Shown piece by piece: positions 1-11,100 of a stretch of DNA of 64,000 bases. The notes below the pieces were generated by a model. It saw only the letters and a list, made by a program, of their open reading frames with translations. It was not told the origin of the DNA and made no database searches. A program made the translations under genes and the position numbers. Source of the DNA: Candidatus Helarchaeota archaeon (GTDB lineage Archaea > Asgardarchaeota > Lokiarchaeia > Helarchaeales > RDOG01). Numbering within the stretch: the first letter of the stretch is position 1; each line of letters begins with the position of its first letter. The stretch covers positions 1 through 64,000 of the forward strand of contig JAHPZH010000004.1 in NCBI GenBank assembly GCA_019058315.1, in the 5' to 3' direction.

Positions 1-90
1 TAAAATAATTTTAATACCTGTAAAAGATATTTCTGAAATTGAATCAAAAAATAAAAAATGAGGTTTATAATATCTCGTTATCCTCAAAAT

Positions 91-1479
91 TTATTCTGGT
101 GGTATAATTTCCTCCCAATCCTTTGTCTTTTCTAAATATTTTTCAGGAATTTGAATAATCCTTTTTTCTTTATCAATTTGATATATACGATTTAATTCAT
201 CAACCAATTCTGGAGTACTATTTAGAGCATTTTTAATTAAATCATTGTCTATCTCAAATAGTAAATATTGTTTTCCTTTTATTTTTAAGATTGCTTCCTT
301 TATTGGTTCTTCTGAAGTAATGTTTTTAATCAAATTATTAGATTCAAAGAGTTTTAACCTTCCTAATAAGTAGAATTTAAATAAAATATTGTCTAACCCC
401 ATAAATTTTACATCCAATGGTGGTACACTCGCAACCTGAAGACTTTTTGAAATAATATCAAGCAATCTAAAAGGAGATACACCTTTCTTTAAGACTTGGG
501 AATAATTTGTTGTGTTTATACTAGCGAGAAACGAATTTAATATTTCTAGGTCCCAAACTAAAAAATTGAATGACTGAGATTGAAAATATTTTTCTTTTCT
601 TTTATTAATATCAACATTAGGGATATGTCGTGGAGAAATTGATGCTGGTGGATATTTAAACACATCGTCTTTTCTAGGATTTGCCCTTATATTATCTAAT
701 TCGATTAGATTAAATTTTCTAAAAATAATACCCTCATTTTTTACTCCCATTACATCTTGAGCACGATTCCGATGAAATGGTAAATAGAATGATGAGCCTC
801 CATATACCCCATCATTACAAAATACCACATATTGATATTGGAGATATGTAAGAGCACTAAAAATATTTTTAAAAGTCACCACATCTTGTGTTTTTGCAGG
901 ACATATTATTAAATCAGTATATCCTTGAAGCGCAGATAAAATTGAAAAATCAGTTGCATCATAGCAGATTAAGACTGTAAAATCTCCTATTGGTGTGTTT
1001 ATAAAAACATTTATTATCGAACTAGACTTCATATAATCTTTTTCTTTCAAGGATGGATTAATTTTCCACTGAATTTCTTCCTTATTATTTACATAAATCG
1101 GACAATGATTCCCAGAATATTTATCATAATGACTTCCCATGACAATAATTGATTTTGAATCTTGGAATTTTTTCATCAGTTCATTACATATCCTCTGAGA
1201 TGTAGATAATTCTGGCAATACAATAAGGTCTGCTTCTTTTTTTATTGCTTCTTGGATATATTTTTCAATTTTTCTTTTTTGATCTTTTTCTGCTTGGATA
1301 GTCAATTTTGGAGGTGTAGTTTCTGTAAAATAATCAATAGGGGTTTCTATCTGAATATTTGCAACTAAAAAATCCCTTTCAATTTTAGGCTTTCCTAAAT
1401 CAATAAATCTTATACCTGGAAAAGACTTTTTAAAAATTTCAAGATCTCTATCTATCATATTAAATTTTTCAATAGACAA
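91..1479 (-). CDS. Carbon-nitrogen hydrolase (nitrilase-fold) domain protein with uncharacterised N- and C-terminal extensions
   Basis: E-K-C triad motifs: ADLIVLPELS, QWKINPS, VLICYDA; also NDGVYGGS. Confidence 0.75.
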   Translation of the reverse strand: MSIEKFNMIDRDLEIFKKSFPGIRFIDLGKPKIERDFLVANIQIETPIDYFTETTPPKLTIQAEKDQKRKIEKYIQEAIKKEADLIVLPELSTSQRICNELMKKFQDSKSIIVMGSHYDKYSGNHCPIYVNNKEEIQWKINPSLKEKDYMKSSSIINVFINTPIGDFTVLICYDATDFSILSALQGYTDLIICPAKTQDVVTFKNIFSALTYLQYQYVVFCNDGVYGGSSFYLPFHRNRAQDVMGVKNEGIIFRKFNLIELDNIRANPRKDDVFKYPPASISPRHIPNVDINKRKEKYFQSQSFNFLVWDLEILNSFLASINTTNYSQVLKKGVSPFRLLDIISKSLQVASVPPLDVKFMGLDNILFKFYLLGRLKLFESNNLIKNITSEEPIKEAILKIKGKQYLLFEIDNDLIKNALNSTPELVDELNRIYQIDKEKRIIQIPEKYLEKTKDWEEIIPPE

Positions 1480-1966
1480 TAGTTTCCGACTCCCAAATTT
1501 AATCTATTTTCGTAATTTTTCTACTTTTCTATTTCTTTAGATTCAATTCCGAATATTTTCTGAATTTGTTCAAAAATAAATGTAGTAGATTCTAAATCCG
1601 ATTTATTATAATCTAGTAAGTTCTTTTTTATTTTATCTCTTTTCTTTTTTGAATCCACTTTTAAAAATTTATGATAATCCAATAATGCGCAAAAATGCGA
1701 TCATTCTATATAGTTAAATTAATGTACATCCCATTTAAATAATTACATAAAGAATTATGGAGTTTAAATGTAGATATATGCAATTTTTAAAAAAATTGGC
1801 CGAAAAAAATTTTAAGAAATTGGATTTTTTAAATTAGATTTGAAATTCGACAAAAATTGAATAAAATATTATATGTCACAAATTATCTAATAAATTAAGC
1901 TTAAAAACTAAAATAATGAATGAAGAGGAAAAAGTATAATAAAAAAAATATAATAATTAATAATAA

Positions 1967-4900
1967 TTGGAGAGAAAATTAGTGGATGAGGAATTAATAA
2001 GTAAAAAAGAGGAAAATATTGAAGATCTCGTTAAAAATATCAGGTTAAAGGCTGAAAAAGCCAAAACTGAAGAAGATATTAAAATGGCTATAGAAAAAAT
2101 CTTTGCCAATTATCTTCCTTCAAAAGGAATCAAAATTGACCCTAAATACGAAGTCACTTTATTAAAAGGTAGAGCAGATGCAGTATATCGAAGAGTAATA
2201 ATTGATTATAAAAAACCACATACTCTTGAGCAAGAAAATGTAAAAAATGATGTTATCAAAAAAATTAAAGATTATATTCAGAGTATTACTAAGGGGAAAA
2301 TCTCTCGAAAATTTGTTGGAATAGCTCTTGATGGTTTCAATATTATTTTTATTAGACCACCAAGGCAAATACTTAAGATGAAAGAAAAAAAGCCAAAAAC
2401 ACAACTTACATTAGATGGCACATTAAATAACTCAAAGACGATAGAAGAAAATTGGAAAATTTCCAAAGTTCTTCCAGTAAATAAAGAAACCATGGAAAGG
2501 TTATTTTTATATTTTCGTTCTCTATCTTTTAAAATTCTATCACCTGAGAATTTAGCTTATGATTTTGGTCATAAAAGCAAAATTGCCAATGAAGTTATTG
2601 GGATTTTTAATGAAAAATTGACTAAAATACAACATCCAAAAATTGAAGCTCTTTATATAGAATGGAAAAGGATTTTTGGTATAATATATGGTGAAGAAAT
2701 TTCTAAAGCTAAGAATTATCTTAAAGAATTAGCTGATTTTTACGGATTTCAAACAGAAGATTTAAGGAAATTGCTATTTTCGATTCATTCTTATTATGCT
2801 CTGTTAATGAAAATGATGGCTGCTGAAGTTCTATCTTTACAGACTGGCAGTTATTTTAGGTCTCTGGTTTCAGAAATTTCATTAATTTCAACTCTGGATT
2901 TAAAAGATAAAATGAGAGATCTAGAGGAAAAAGGTGGATTTTTTAAAAGATATGGAATATCAAATTTTTTAGAAGGTGATTTTTTTGGTTGGTATATAAA
3001 CTGTTATGATGAAGATATTGCCAATTGTATCAAAAAAATAGCTAAATGTTTATCGCGTTATGAGCCTGCTACCACTTCTTTAGAACCTGAATACACTAAG
3101 GATCTATTGAAAAAATTATACCAATACTTATTACCTAATGAATTAAGGCGTGCTTTAGGAGAGTTCTACACGCCTGATTGGCTAGCAGAACATTTGTTGG
3201 ATAGAGTTGGATATCAAGGTGAAATAAAAAAAAGAATTTTAGATCCCGCTTGTGGTTCGGGAACTTTTTTATCAAAAATCATTGCCAAAATTAAAGGAGT
3301 GGTTGAAGACAGTCCTGAAATTTATAATGATAAGAGAATAGTTTTGAATTCTATCCTTGAAAATGTTATCGGATTTGATATTAATCCTCTCGCTGTTATA
3401 TCGTCTAGGACTAATTATATTTTAGCTTTGGGAGGAGATTTAATTCGATATAGAAGTGGAGATATTGAAATTCCTGTATATCAATGTGATTCAATCCTAA
3501 TTTCGAGAAAATATTCGGTACTTTATGGTAAAAGGCATAAGATCAAAACATCTATTGGGGACTTTTATTTCCCTTCGGAATTAGCTGAAAAAAAGTATAT
3601 TGAAAAGATAGTAAGTAAATTAGAAGAAAATATTCCAAAGAAGATAGACTTAGAAATATTTCTAGATTCAGTAAAAAATGATTTGCCTCAAGAAATCTAC
3701 GAATTATGTATAAGTGATTTGTCTAATTTATATAAAGAACTAATAAAACTAGAAAAACAAAATAAAGATGAAATTTGGGCTAGGATTATTAAAAATTCAT
3801 TTGCCCCATTATTTGTAGGAAAATTTGATTATGTAATTGGTAATCCCCCTTGGATAAGATGGGGGCTATTATCAAAAGATTATCGCTCAGCAACGTTAGA
3901 AATGTGGAAAGATTACGGTCTTTTTTCTCTTAAAGGTATGGAGGCAAGATTAGGCTCAGGTGAAAAGGATTTATCAATGCTTTTCACTTACGCTTGTACA
4001 GATTTCTATTTGAAAGACGGAGGGACGCTAGGATTTCTTATTACTCAAGAAGTAATCAAAGCTAAGGGTGCAGGTGAAGGATTTAGAAAATTTAGGTTAG
4101 GAGAAAAAGGAAAACCCCTAAAAGTAATTGAATTTCAAGATTTAGTTACAATTCAGCCTTTTGAAGGAGCTAGTAATAAAACAGGCATGATAATTCTCCA
4201 AAAAGGAAGACCCACTGAATATCCTATCCGTTATATATTATGGGATAAAAAAGAGACCGTCCATCCTGATGCATCTTTGTCCGAAATATTTCATATTACG
4301 GACAGAAAAAAACTAATTGCACAACCAGTTGGTAATAAAAACACGGATCAATGGCTAACGATTGAAAAAAAATTTGTATCTATTATTTCTAAAATGAGGG
4401 GAAAATCGTTTTATAAGGCAATACGTGGAGCATCCATTGAACCTTATGGTGTTTATTATCTAGAAATAGTTTTAGTTCGTCCTGATGGTCTATTAATAAT
4501 AAAAAATTTACCTGAATTAGGTAGGAAAAAAATAAAAAAAGTTGAAGAAGTGATTGAACCGGATTTAGTTTTTCCGGCATTGAGAGGCAGAGATATTAAA
4601 AGATGGGGACATGATATTGATGTGTATACCATTATATCTCAAGATCCAGAGAAAAGAGAAGGGTATGATGAAAAATGGATGAATACTAACCTTCCCAAGA
4701 CTTATAATTATTTATTGGGATTTAAAGAGGATTTATTAAAAAGAAAAGGATATTGGAAATATTTCAGTAAAAAGATTAAAAGTAAAAAGAAATTATCAGA
4801 TAGTGAGTTAAAGAAAAAATATGGGAATTATCGCTATATTGGAAAACGTACTAAAAAGGTTGGAGATAGTTACCATGTCTATCAAGTTAATGACTCGGCT

Positions 4901-5374
4901 TTTTATACAATGTTCAATATAAGCAATGACTCATTCGCACCTTATAGGGTTGTATGGAAAAGAATGAGTAATGATTTAACAGCTACAGTAATATCTACGA
5001 CTAACACTCCTTATGGAAAAAAGCCAATTATTCCTACAGATACTACTGCCTTATTACCATTTAAAGAAAAAGATGAGGCGTATTATGTATGTGCCCTTTT
5101 AAACTCGACTTTAAGTAGTTTTTATATTAGAGCTTTTTCATCAGCTGGAAGAGGTTTTGGAGCACCTTCAATCTTAAAATTTGTAAAAATTCCTCAATAT
5201 GATAATAAAAATACCAATCATAAAAAATTGGCTGATTTATCGAAACTTGCTCATAAACAGGTAAAAGAAAATAAACTCGATAAATTGAAAAAAACAGAAA
5301 TTGAAATTGATGATATAACTCGACAAATATGGAATATAAGCAAAGTTGAATTGGGAAAAATTTTGAAAAGTTAA
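1967..5374 (+). CDS. Type IIG (REase-MTase-TRD fusion) restriction-modification enzyme, N6-adenine methyltransferase
   Basis: GEFYTP, motif I ILDPACGSG, motif IV NPPW, N-terminal GRAD..IIDYK nuclease-like motif, C-terminal TRD (LLNS). Confidence 0.9.
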   Translation: MERKLVDEELISKKEENIEDLVKNIRLKAEKAKTEEDIKMAIEKIFANYLPSKGIKIDPKYEVTLLKGRADAVYRRVIIDYKKPHTLEQENVKNDVIKKIKDYIQSITKGKISRKFVGIALDGFNIIFIRPPRQILKMKEKKPKTQLTLDGTLNNSKTIEENWKISKVLPVNKETMERLFLYFRSLSFKILSPENLAYDFGHKSKIANEVIGIFNEKLTKIQHPKIEALYIEWKRIFGIIYGEEISKAKNYLKELADFYGFQTEDLRKLLFSIHSYYALLMKMMAAEVLSLQTGSYFRSLVSEISLISTLDLKDKMRDLEEKGGFFKRYGISNFLEGDFFGWYINCYDEDIANCIKKIAKCLSRYEPATTSLEPEYTKDLLKKLYQYLLPNELRRALGEFYTPDWLAEHLLDRVGYQGEIKKRILDPACGSGTFLSKIIAKIKGVVEDSPEIYNDKRIVLNSILENVIGFDINPLAVISSRTNYILALGGDLIRYRSGDIEIPVYQCDSILISRKYSVLYGKRHKIKTSIGDFYFPSELAEKKYIEKIVSKLEENIPKKIDLEIFLDSVKNDLPQEIYELCISDLSNLYKELIKLEKQNKDEIWARIIKNSFAPLFVGKFDYVIGNPPWIRWGLLSKDYRSATLEMWKDYGLFSLKGMEARLGSGEKDLSMLFTYACTDFYLKDGGTLGFLITQEVIKAKGAGEGFRKFRLGEKGKPLKVIEFQDLVTIQPFEGASNKTGMIILQKGRPTEYPIRYILWDKKETVHPDASLSEIFHITDRKKLIAQPVGNKNTDQWLTIEKKFVSIISKMRGKSFYKAIRGASIEPYGVYYLEIVLVRPDGLLIIKNLPELGRKKIKKVEEVIEPDLVFPALRGRDIKRWGHDIDVYTIISQDPEKREGYDEKWMNTNLPKTYNYLLGFKEDLLKRKGYWKYFSKKIKSKKKLSDSELKKKYGNYRYIGKRTKKVGDSYHVYQVNDSAFYTMFNISNDSFAPYRVVWKRMSNDLTATVISTTNTPYGKKPIIPTDTTALLPFKEKDEAYYVCALLNSTLSSFYIRAFSSAGRGFGAPSILKFVKIPQYDNKNTNHKKLADLSKLAHKQVKENKLDKLKKTEIEIDDITRQIWNISKVELGKILKS

Positions 5375-5446
5375 TTAGGGATTTAAATAGTAGACAACCT
5401 TACTACGTTAGGTGTCGGTCTATCAGATAGAAAGAAATTAGAAAAA

Positions 5447-6799
5447 ATGGGTTTTACTGCGAGAGAAAAATTTATGTTTAAGCAGTATAAATACGATGTT
5501 GCATTATCATTTGCGACTGAAGATAGAAAAATTGTGGAAGAAATTGCAAATGAATTAAGAAATAATAGATTAAAAGTCTTTTACGACGATTTTTTAAAGG
5601 ATAAACTTTTAGGTAAGGATTTATACGAATATTTTAAAGATTCTTATGGGAAAAACACAAAATTTGTAATTATTTTCATTTCTAAACATTACCCATTAAA
5701 AGATTGGACTAATTTTGAATTTGAAATTGCCCGTGGAGAAGCAAAACAAAGGAAAGAAGAATTTATTCTACCTATAAGATTAGATGATACCCCCCTATTT
5801 GGTTTAAAACCTACTATAGGTTATATTAAATATCATAGCACAAACCTAATGGAAATAATTGATATTATTGTTAGAAAAGTTTATGAATTAGATAGAGATT
5901 TCTATCAAAAACATCTAGAAGTCCAAGATTTTAGCATTATTTCTGGTACTGTGACATCTTATTCATTTTGTATTATTAAGTTTAGTCCAACTAGTAATTT
6001 GAGGGTCACATTTGATTCTAAATATTCTAGTACAAATTGCATTGACATGGGTATTAAAGTAATTTTAGATGGTATTAATGATTTTATTAATGGTAATTTA
6101 AGGTTAACTAATTATACATGCGATCCGACATTATTGTCAAGGGAAATGAATCTTTATAGTCTGAAAGAAGTAAAAATAACATTAAATGACTCATTTAGTG
6201 CAATGGCTTTAGGACCAGATGTAATAGGAGCTTCTATAAGGGCCATGATCTATTGCCTAAATGAATTTTTTACGTTGAAATTTAAAGATCAAAATCTTTT
6301 AATAAATTTCTTGAAAAATGGATTAAAATTTAGTAGGGGTAAGCAAAAAGCTTCAATGGATTTGAAACCAGTGCAAAAATATTTCAAACAAAATATAGAA
6401 GAACTAAAGATTGGTCCGTATATTAAAATAAATGAATTAATAATCAATACGAGTATCTTTCACGCTATTGCCACCGTCAGTCTTGAAATTTCGCAAAAGG
6501 GTGAAAAACTTACTATTACATCCATTATAAAGGATATTGGAGCTATTCATGCAGTAATAGGGGCTATCCTTAAGCCATTTAAAGGTAAAGTCGAGTTAAA
6601 CAAATTTAATTTAGGTAAAATCAGTGTCATTGATACAAGTGAAATTCAAGCTAAAGTATCATTGGAATTAAGAGATTCCGATAAAAAAACCTATCAAACA
6701 AATGCTATTCACGAAGATGTTATCATGGCTACAGTTATAGCTATTTTAAAGGGTCTAAATAACATTTATTCTTCAAATATGACATCTAATTTAATATAA
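5447..6799 (+). CDS. TIR domain protein fused to two LeuA-type allosteric (LeuA_dimer-like) domains
   Basis: YDVALSFATEDR..VFYD..FISK.Y..KDWTNFE with catalytic Glu; C-terminal repeats ending GPDVIGASIRAMIYCLN and HEDVIMATVIAILKGLN; GAIHAV resembles GPVDAL. Confidence 0.75.
   Translation: MGFTAREKFMFKQYKYDVALSFATEDRKIVEEIANELRNNRLKVFYDDFLKDKLLGKDLYEYFKDSYGKNTKFVIIFISKHYPLKDWTNFEFEIARGEAKQRKEEFILPIRLDDTPLFGLKPTIGYIKYHSTNLMEIIDIIVRKVYELDRDFYQKHLEVQDFSIISGTVTSYSFCIIKFSPTSNLRVTFDSKYSSTNCIDMGIKVILDGINDFINGNLRLTNYTCDPTLLSREMNLYSLKEVKITLNDSFSAMALGPDVIGASIRAMIYCLNEFFTLKFKDQNLLINFLKNGLKFSRGKQKASMDLKPVQKYFKQNIEELKIGPYIKINELIINTSIFHAIATVSLEISQKGEKLTITSIIKDIGAIHAVIGAILKPFKGKVELNKFNLGKISVIDTSEIQAKVSLELRDSDKKTYQTNAIHEDVIMATVIAILKGLNNIYSSNMTSNLI
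5651..5811. repeat. Left arm of perfect 161-bp inverted repeat (partner 7811-7971)
   Basis: aaaaacacaaaatttg...ggtttaaaacc is the exact reverse complement of 7811-7971; encodes the TIR C-terminal half. Confidence 0.95.
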
Positions 6800-6915
6800 T
6801 CCTAGAGATTTTCTTCTTTTTTTTAATTCAATTATAGATAATGGATTTATACATTAAAAATTAGAAAATCAGACATTATACTTTTCTAAAATCATGCATT
6901 GGTATTTTCTTATTG

Positions 6916-8148
6916 CTAAGTATTTGATTTCAAAACACTTGAGACTTCTTCTTTAACTTCATCAAATGCGAGTTGATAGAATTCAAATATCTCACATAAA
7001 GGACTAAATAATTTCATGAGTATTTCTATTAATTTTTGACTTTTATTTGTAATATTTATTATTAAATTGGAAGTGATAGAATCTTGGTGAGCAGTGTGGG
7101 GAATAAATGGAGAAGCTATTGCATCAAGATGGACATGTGCAATTTTACGATTTTTTAACCCCTCCCAAGTAATACTAAAAGCAATTTCTCTTGAGTCAGG
7201 TGAAAGTTTTTTAGTAAAACGATATGAATGAAGTAGACATTCAGTAATTCTATGTATTGGAAAAGTGATATCAAAGGTACTCCCTGGTTTTATTTCAGAA
7301 GAACTATCCTCAAAATATCCTTGTAATAAAAACATTTTTCCCTTTGGGGACGCACGCCAAAAATCAGAATGTCTAGGATCTTCATCCAACCCATATAACC
7401 ATGATTCAATATGCTCCTCATAAGGATGCGGTCTAAATTCAGCTATGGGACTAATTTTCCAAGGTGGCCAGCTACTCCCCTCTAATTCTATTTTTTCTAA
7501 AATTTCTAATAAGTTTTTGAGAGAAAGTGGTTCAAAATTACCAATTATTGAATAAGCAACATACCATGCTCCATATTGAAAGGGAGTCTGTTTTTTATCA
7601 GGTAATTTCTCTTTAATTAACTGTTGCCATCTTGTTTTTGATTTCAGAGTCCAAAATTGAAGCATTTGCAATTCTAATTCTTTAGAAATATGAATATTTC
7701 TTTTATTTCTAATTTGATTTTCAGTAAAACTCTTTGATGTTTTTAATTTCTTTTCAATTATATCAATAATCTTTTCCTTACCTTCTTTATAATCTAAATA
7801 ACCTACAGTGGGTTTTAAACCAAATAGGGGGGTATCATCTAATCTTATAGGTAGAATAAATTCTTCTTTCCTTTGTTTTGCTTCTCCACGGGCAATTTCA
7901 AATTCAAAATTAGTCCAATCTTTTAATGGGTAATGTTTAGAAATGAAAATAATTACAAATTTTGTGTTTTTAGCATAAGCCTCTTCAAAATATTTTGATA
8001 AGTCTTTTCCCCAAATTGTAACCTGATAAAATTCGTCATAAAAAATTTTTAAATTTCGCTTCTTTAATTCAAATGCAATCTCTTCTACAATTTTCCTGTC
8101 TTCACCAGCGAAAGATAATGCAGCATCAAATTCTAATTTAGGAACCAT
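6916..8148 (-). CDS. TIR domain protein with uncharacterised C-terminal alpha/beta domain
   Basis: FDAALSFAGEDR..IFYD..FISK..WTNFE; C-terminal WPPW and DFWRASP.G.MF..GY.ED motifs. Confidence 0.8.
   Translation of the reverse strand: MVPKLEFDAALSFAGEDRKIVEEIAFELKKRNLKIFYDEFYQVTIWGKDLSKYFEEAYAKNTKFVIIFISKHYPLKDWTNFEFEIARGEAKQRKEEFILPIRLDDTPLFGLKPTVGYLDYKEGKEKIIDIIEKKLKTSKSFTENQIRNKRNIHISKELELQMLQFWTLKSKTRWQQLIKEKLPDKKQTPFQYGAWYVAYSIIGNFEPLSLKNLLEILEKIELEGSSWPPWKISPIAEFRPHPYEEHIESWLYGLDEDPRHSDFWRASPKGKMFLLQGYFEDSSSEIKPGSTFDITFPIHRITECLLHSYRFTKKLSPDSREIAFSITWEGLKNRKIAHVHLDAIASPFIPHTAHQDSITSNLIINITNKSQKLIEILMKLFSPLCEIFEFYQLAFDEVKEEVSSVLKSNT
7811..7971. repeat. Right arm of perfect 161-bp inverted repeat (partner 5651-5811)
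   Basis: Direct base-by-base comparison; flanks diverge immediately. Confidence 0.95.
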
Positions 8149-8196
8149 TAATTATCACATTATATCCTTTTTTTATATAGAAGTCCCTCTTATTCA

Positions 8197-11100
8197 TTAT
8201 TCTAAAGTTATAAAGTCGAATAAATTTCTTAAATAATTCATATATATGCCCCAGTACACTTTATAATTTGTATCATTAATTATTGGTAGAAATGTATAAA
8301 TTATCCATTCCTCTCCTGCTACTATGACATACCATACATATTTTTTCATGTTAATAATATTTTTTAAAGTCTCCCAACCCCAATTAAAAGCTAGATCTGG
8401 ATTAATTTCGTATACTTCGTTTATTTTTTGATAATGTGCTTCTCTATCTGTTGGAGCATATAATTTTGCAAGAGCTAATCGCTCCTGAATATTATATTTC
8501 TCTTCCAATTCCTCATTTTCTTTAAAAATCTTTTTAAAAAAATTAGTAAGAACATAATTCAAAGGATATTTTAAGAATCCCCCTAAATAGGGTCTATCTT
8601 TAGTTAAATAATTAAATAGATTAATCCATTTTTGTACATCCTTATCAATTGAATAGACTTTATACAAAAGAGCTCTAAGAGATATTTTTGCATTCCTTTG
8701 TTCACTAATTTTTTTTACTTCAATAATAAATTCCTCTGGGGGCATTAATTTTTTATATAACTTTTTCACTATCGATTCATCAATTATAATTTCCGTTTTT
8801 TTAACAGGTTCTATATCAGAATTATAAATTTCCGAAAAATAAGTCAGCTTTTTCTTAATTTCCAAAAACAAATCATGATTCCAATCCTCTATAATATGTA
8901 GAAAGCATTCTTTCAAAAAATTAATAGAATTTTTCTCAGTATTATCACTGACAAAATTTAATATTTCAACTATCCAATGAATTTCCCTAATGAATTGTTC
9001 ATCTTGTTCATCAAAGAATTTAATAATGTTCTTTAGTAAGTGTTTTAAAAAAAATAACTGATAATCCTTTCTCGGTCCAATTCTAAATGAAATTTTCTTA
9101 TAAAAATCTTCGAATTTCGGAATATTCTGATCTACATACAATTGATGAGTTATCCTTATTGATTGGGAAGCTTTCAAACTGACTAAAAACGTATCATTAT
9201 TCTCCCATGGTTCAGTAATATTAAGGATTGCTGACAGATTTTTCTGGAGTATTTCCTTTATTAGATCATCTAGAACATCATTTTTAAAGATCTGTTTCAA
9301 TCTTATACAAATCTGAAGTTGAGTTAAGAAACTTTGGAATTTTCCTTTTCCTATGTAAAATTTTTGTTTTAATGTTTCTAAAAAAAAATCCTTAATAGAT
9401 TCACTTAATAATCCTATTTGATCAATAAATATTGCCATAAAATCTTTGAAATAATAATACCAATGTAAATTAATACTGGGTTCGCAATCCATTAAATTTA
9501 GAATGTTTGATATCACATTCTTCATTTGTTCTTCGTCAATTTCACCCATACTTAAAATAGCAAAATCTCTAATATTTAATTCCCAACGAAAATAATAATG
9601 TTCTTTTTCCATTAATAAATGATCCAAATTATTAATTTGATAATTAGAATTGAAAATATCAAGCAATTTTTTATCATCTTGAATTGGCCAAATGTCTAAA
9701 AGATTTTTGTAAAGGTTTATCCGACTTAGAATTTTACTTTTCGGATCACCATAAAGGGAAAAGCGCATCCGTGGACCGTCTTTAAATAAAAGTCTAACAT
9801 CATTATCCGAAATTTTATCTGGATGAAAGAATAAATTATATTTCCTCCTTGTATTTGTAAAATCATTATCCCATAAAACGTGATAAAATGGAAATTGATC
9901 TAAAAAATCAGTAATTAGATCTTCTTCTTTGGCATATGATTCATAGATTTTTAATTGTAAAATTACACCAAATGGAGTCATTCTGTCATATTGAGGCCAA
10001 TGACTGGCGAAATTATTGGTATCTTTATTCTTATATCTGAAATGTCTAAAACTATATACCTTCCAACCACCTTTTTCTATAATTTTTTCTAAATATCTAT
10101 AGACATGAGCCAAATCAGTAAAACGGTTATTCTCAATTAAATATTCTCCTAAAACATAAATTGCACCAAAAAAATCAGAATTTAGATAATATGGACCTCT
10201 TATTTTATGATTAAAAAGTTCGCTTAAAATAAGGTCAAATGAGTTTAAAATAGAGGTAATACTTTCAAATTTAATAGCGATATATGTCCAATCATCAATA
10301 TATTTAAGCAGATCTTGATGGAAAAAATGATTTGGGATTGTGGCTTTATTTTGATTATAAAAATCTTTTAGGAATGGCACTAATCCTGTAATATTATTTA
10401 TATTTAGAAGCTGAATAATAAGATCTAATTTTAAATTATAATCTAAGTTTTGCGAATGTAGAGTCGTAATGAGTACATAAAAGCAGGTTCCGAAATCATT
10501 TATAAAAAAATTGAGTAATTCACTTAAATATCCAAAATTCTCTTCATAAATATTGTTTCTTATCTCAAATTCCCCTTTTAAAAAGAAAAATTCGAAAAAT
10601 TTTTTAAAATCTTTAATTTCATGGAGGAAATTCAGAATTTCTGTCAGATCTTCTAAAATATCGCACACGGGTCGAAATTGGATAAATTGATTCAAAAAAT
10701 ATGAACGATCTAATTTTAAAATATCATCTTTATTATCTGAATATAATAAATAATACAATTTATACCAATTATGAACTCCACTTGAGTTGTAGTTATCACA
10801 ATAATCATTTAATATGGAATAATATTCTTTAGATTTATTCTCAGAAAATATTTGTAAATATTTTGCAGATTTTTCAAATAAAAAATCTTTGAAAGTATTA
10901 TATTTAAATAAGTAAAGATTTTCTATTTTTAAAAATAAAAAATCAAAATTATTAAAAAAACGCTCAATTTTTTTAATTTCAGGCCAAATAATCAACCAAT
11001 TTACATCAATTGGACCTATTAACCTGGAAATAAGTCCAGCTATTTTTAAATATTCTTCATTAGAATTGAAATTAAACTTTTGCCAGTATGCATCATATAA

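Noticed and set aside
5392-5422. Imperfect hairpin between the R-M and TIR genes
   Set aside because: Short and bulged with no U-tract; cannot be supported as a terminator or recombination site
5651-7971. Transposon terminal inverted repeats or a DGR template/variable repeat pair
   Set aside because: The repeats are coding and identical, with no adenine-specific mismatches and no transposase or reverse transcriptase
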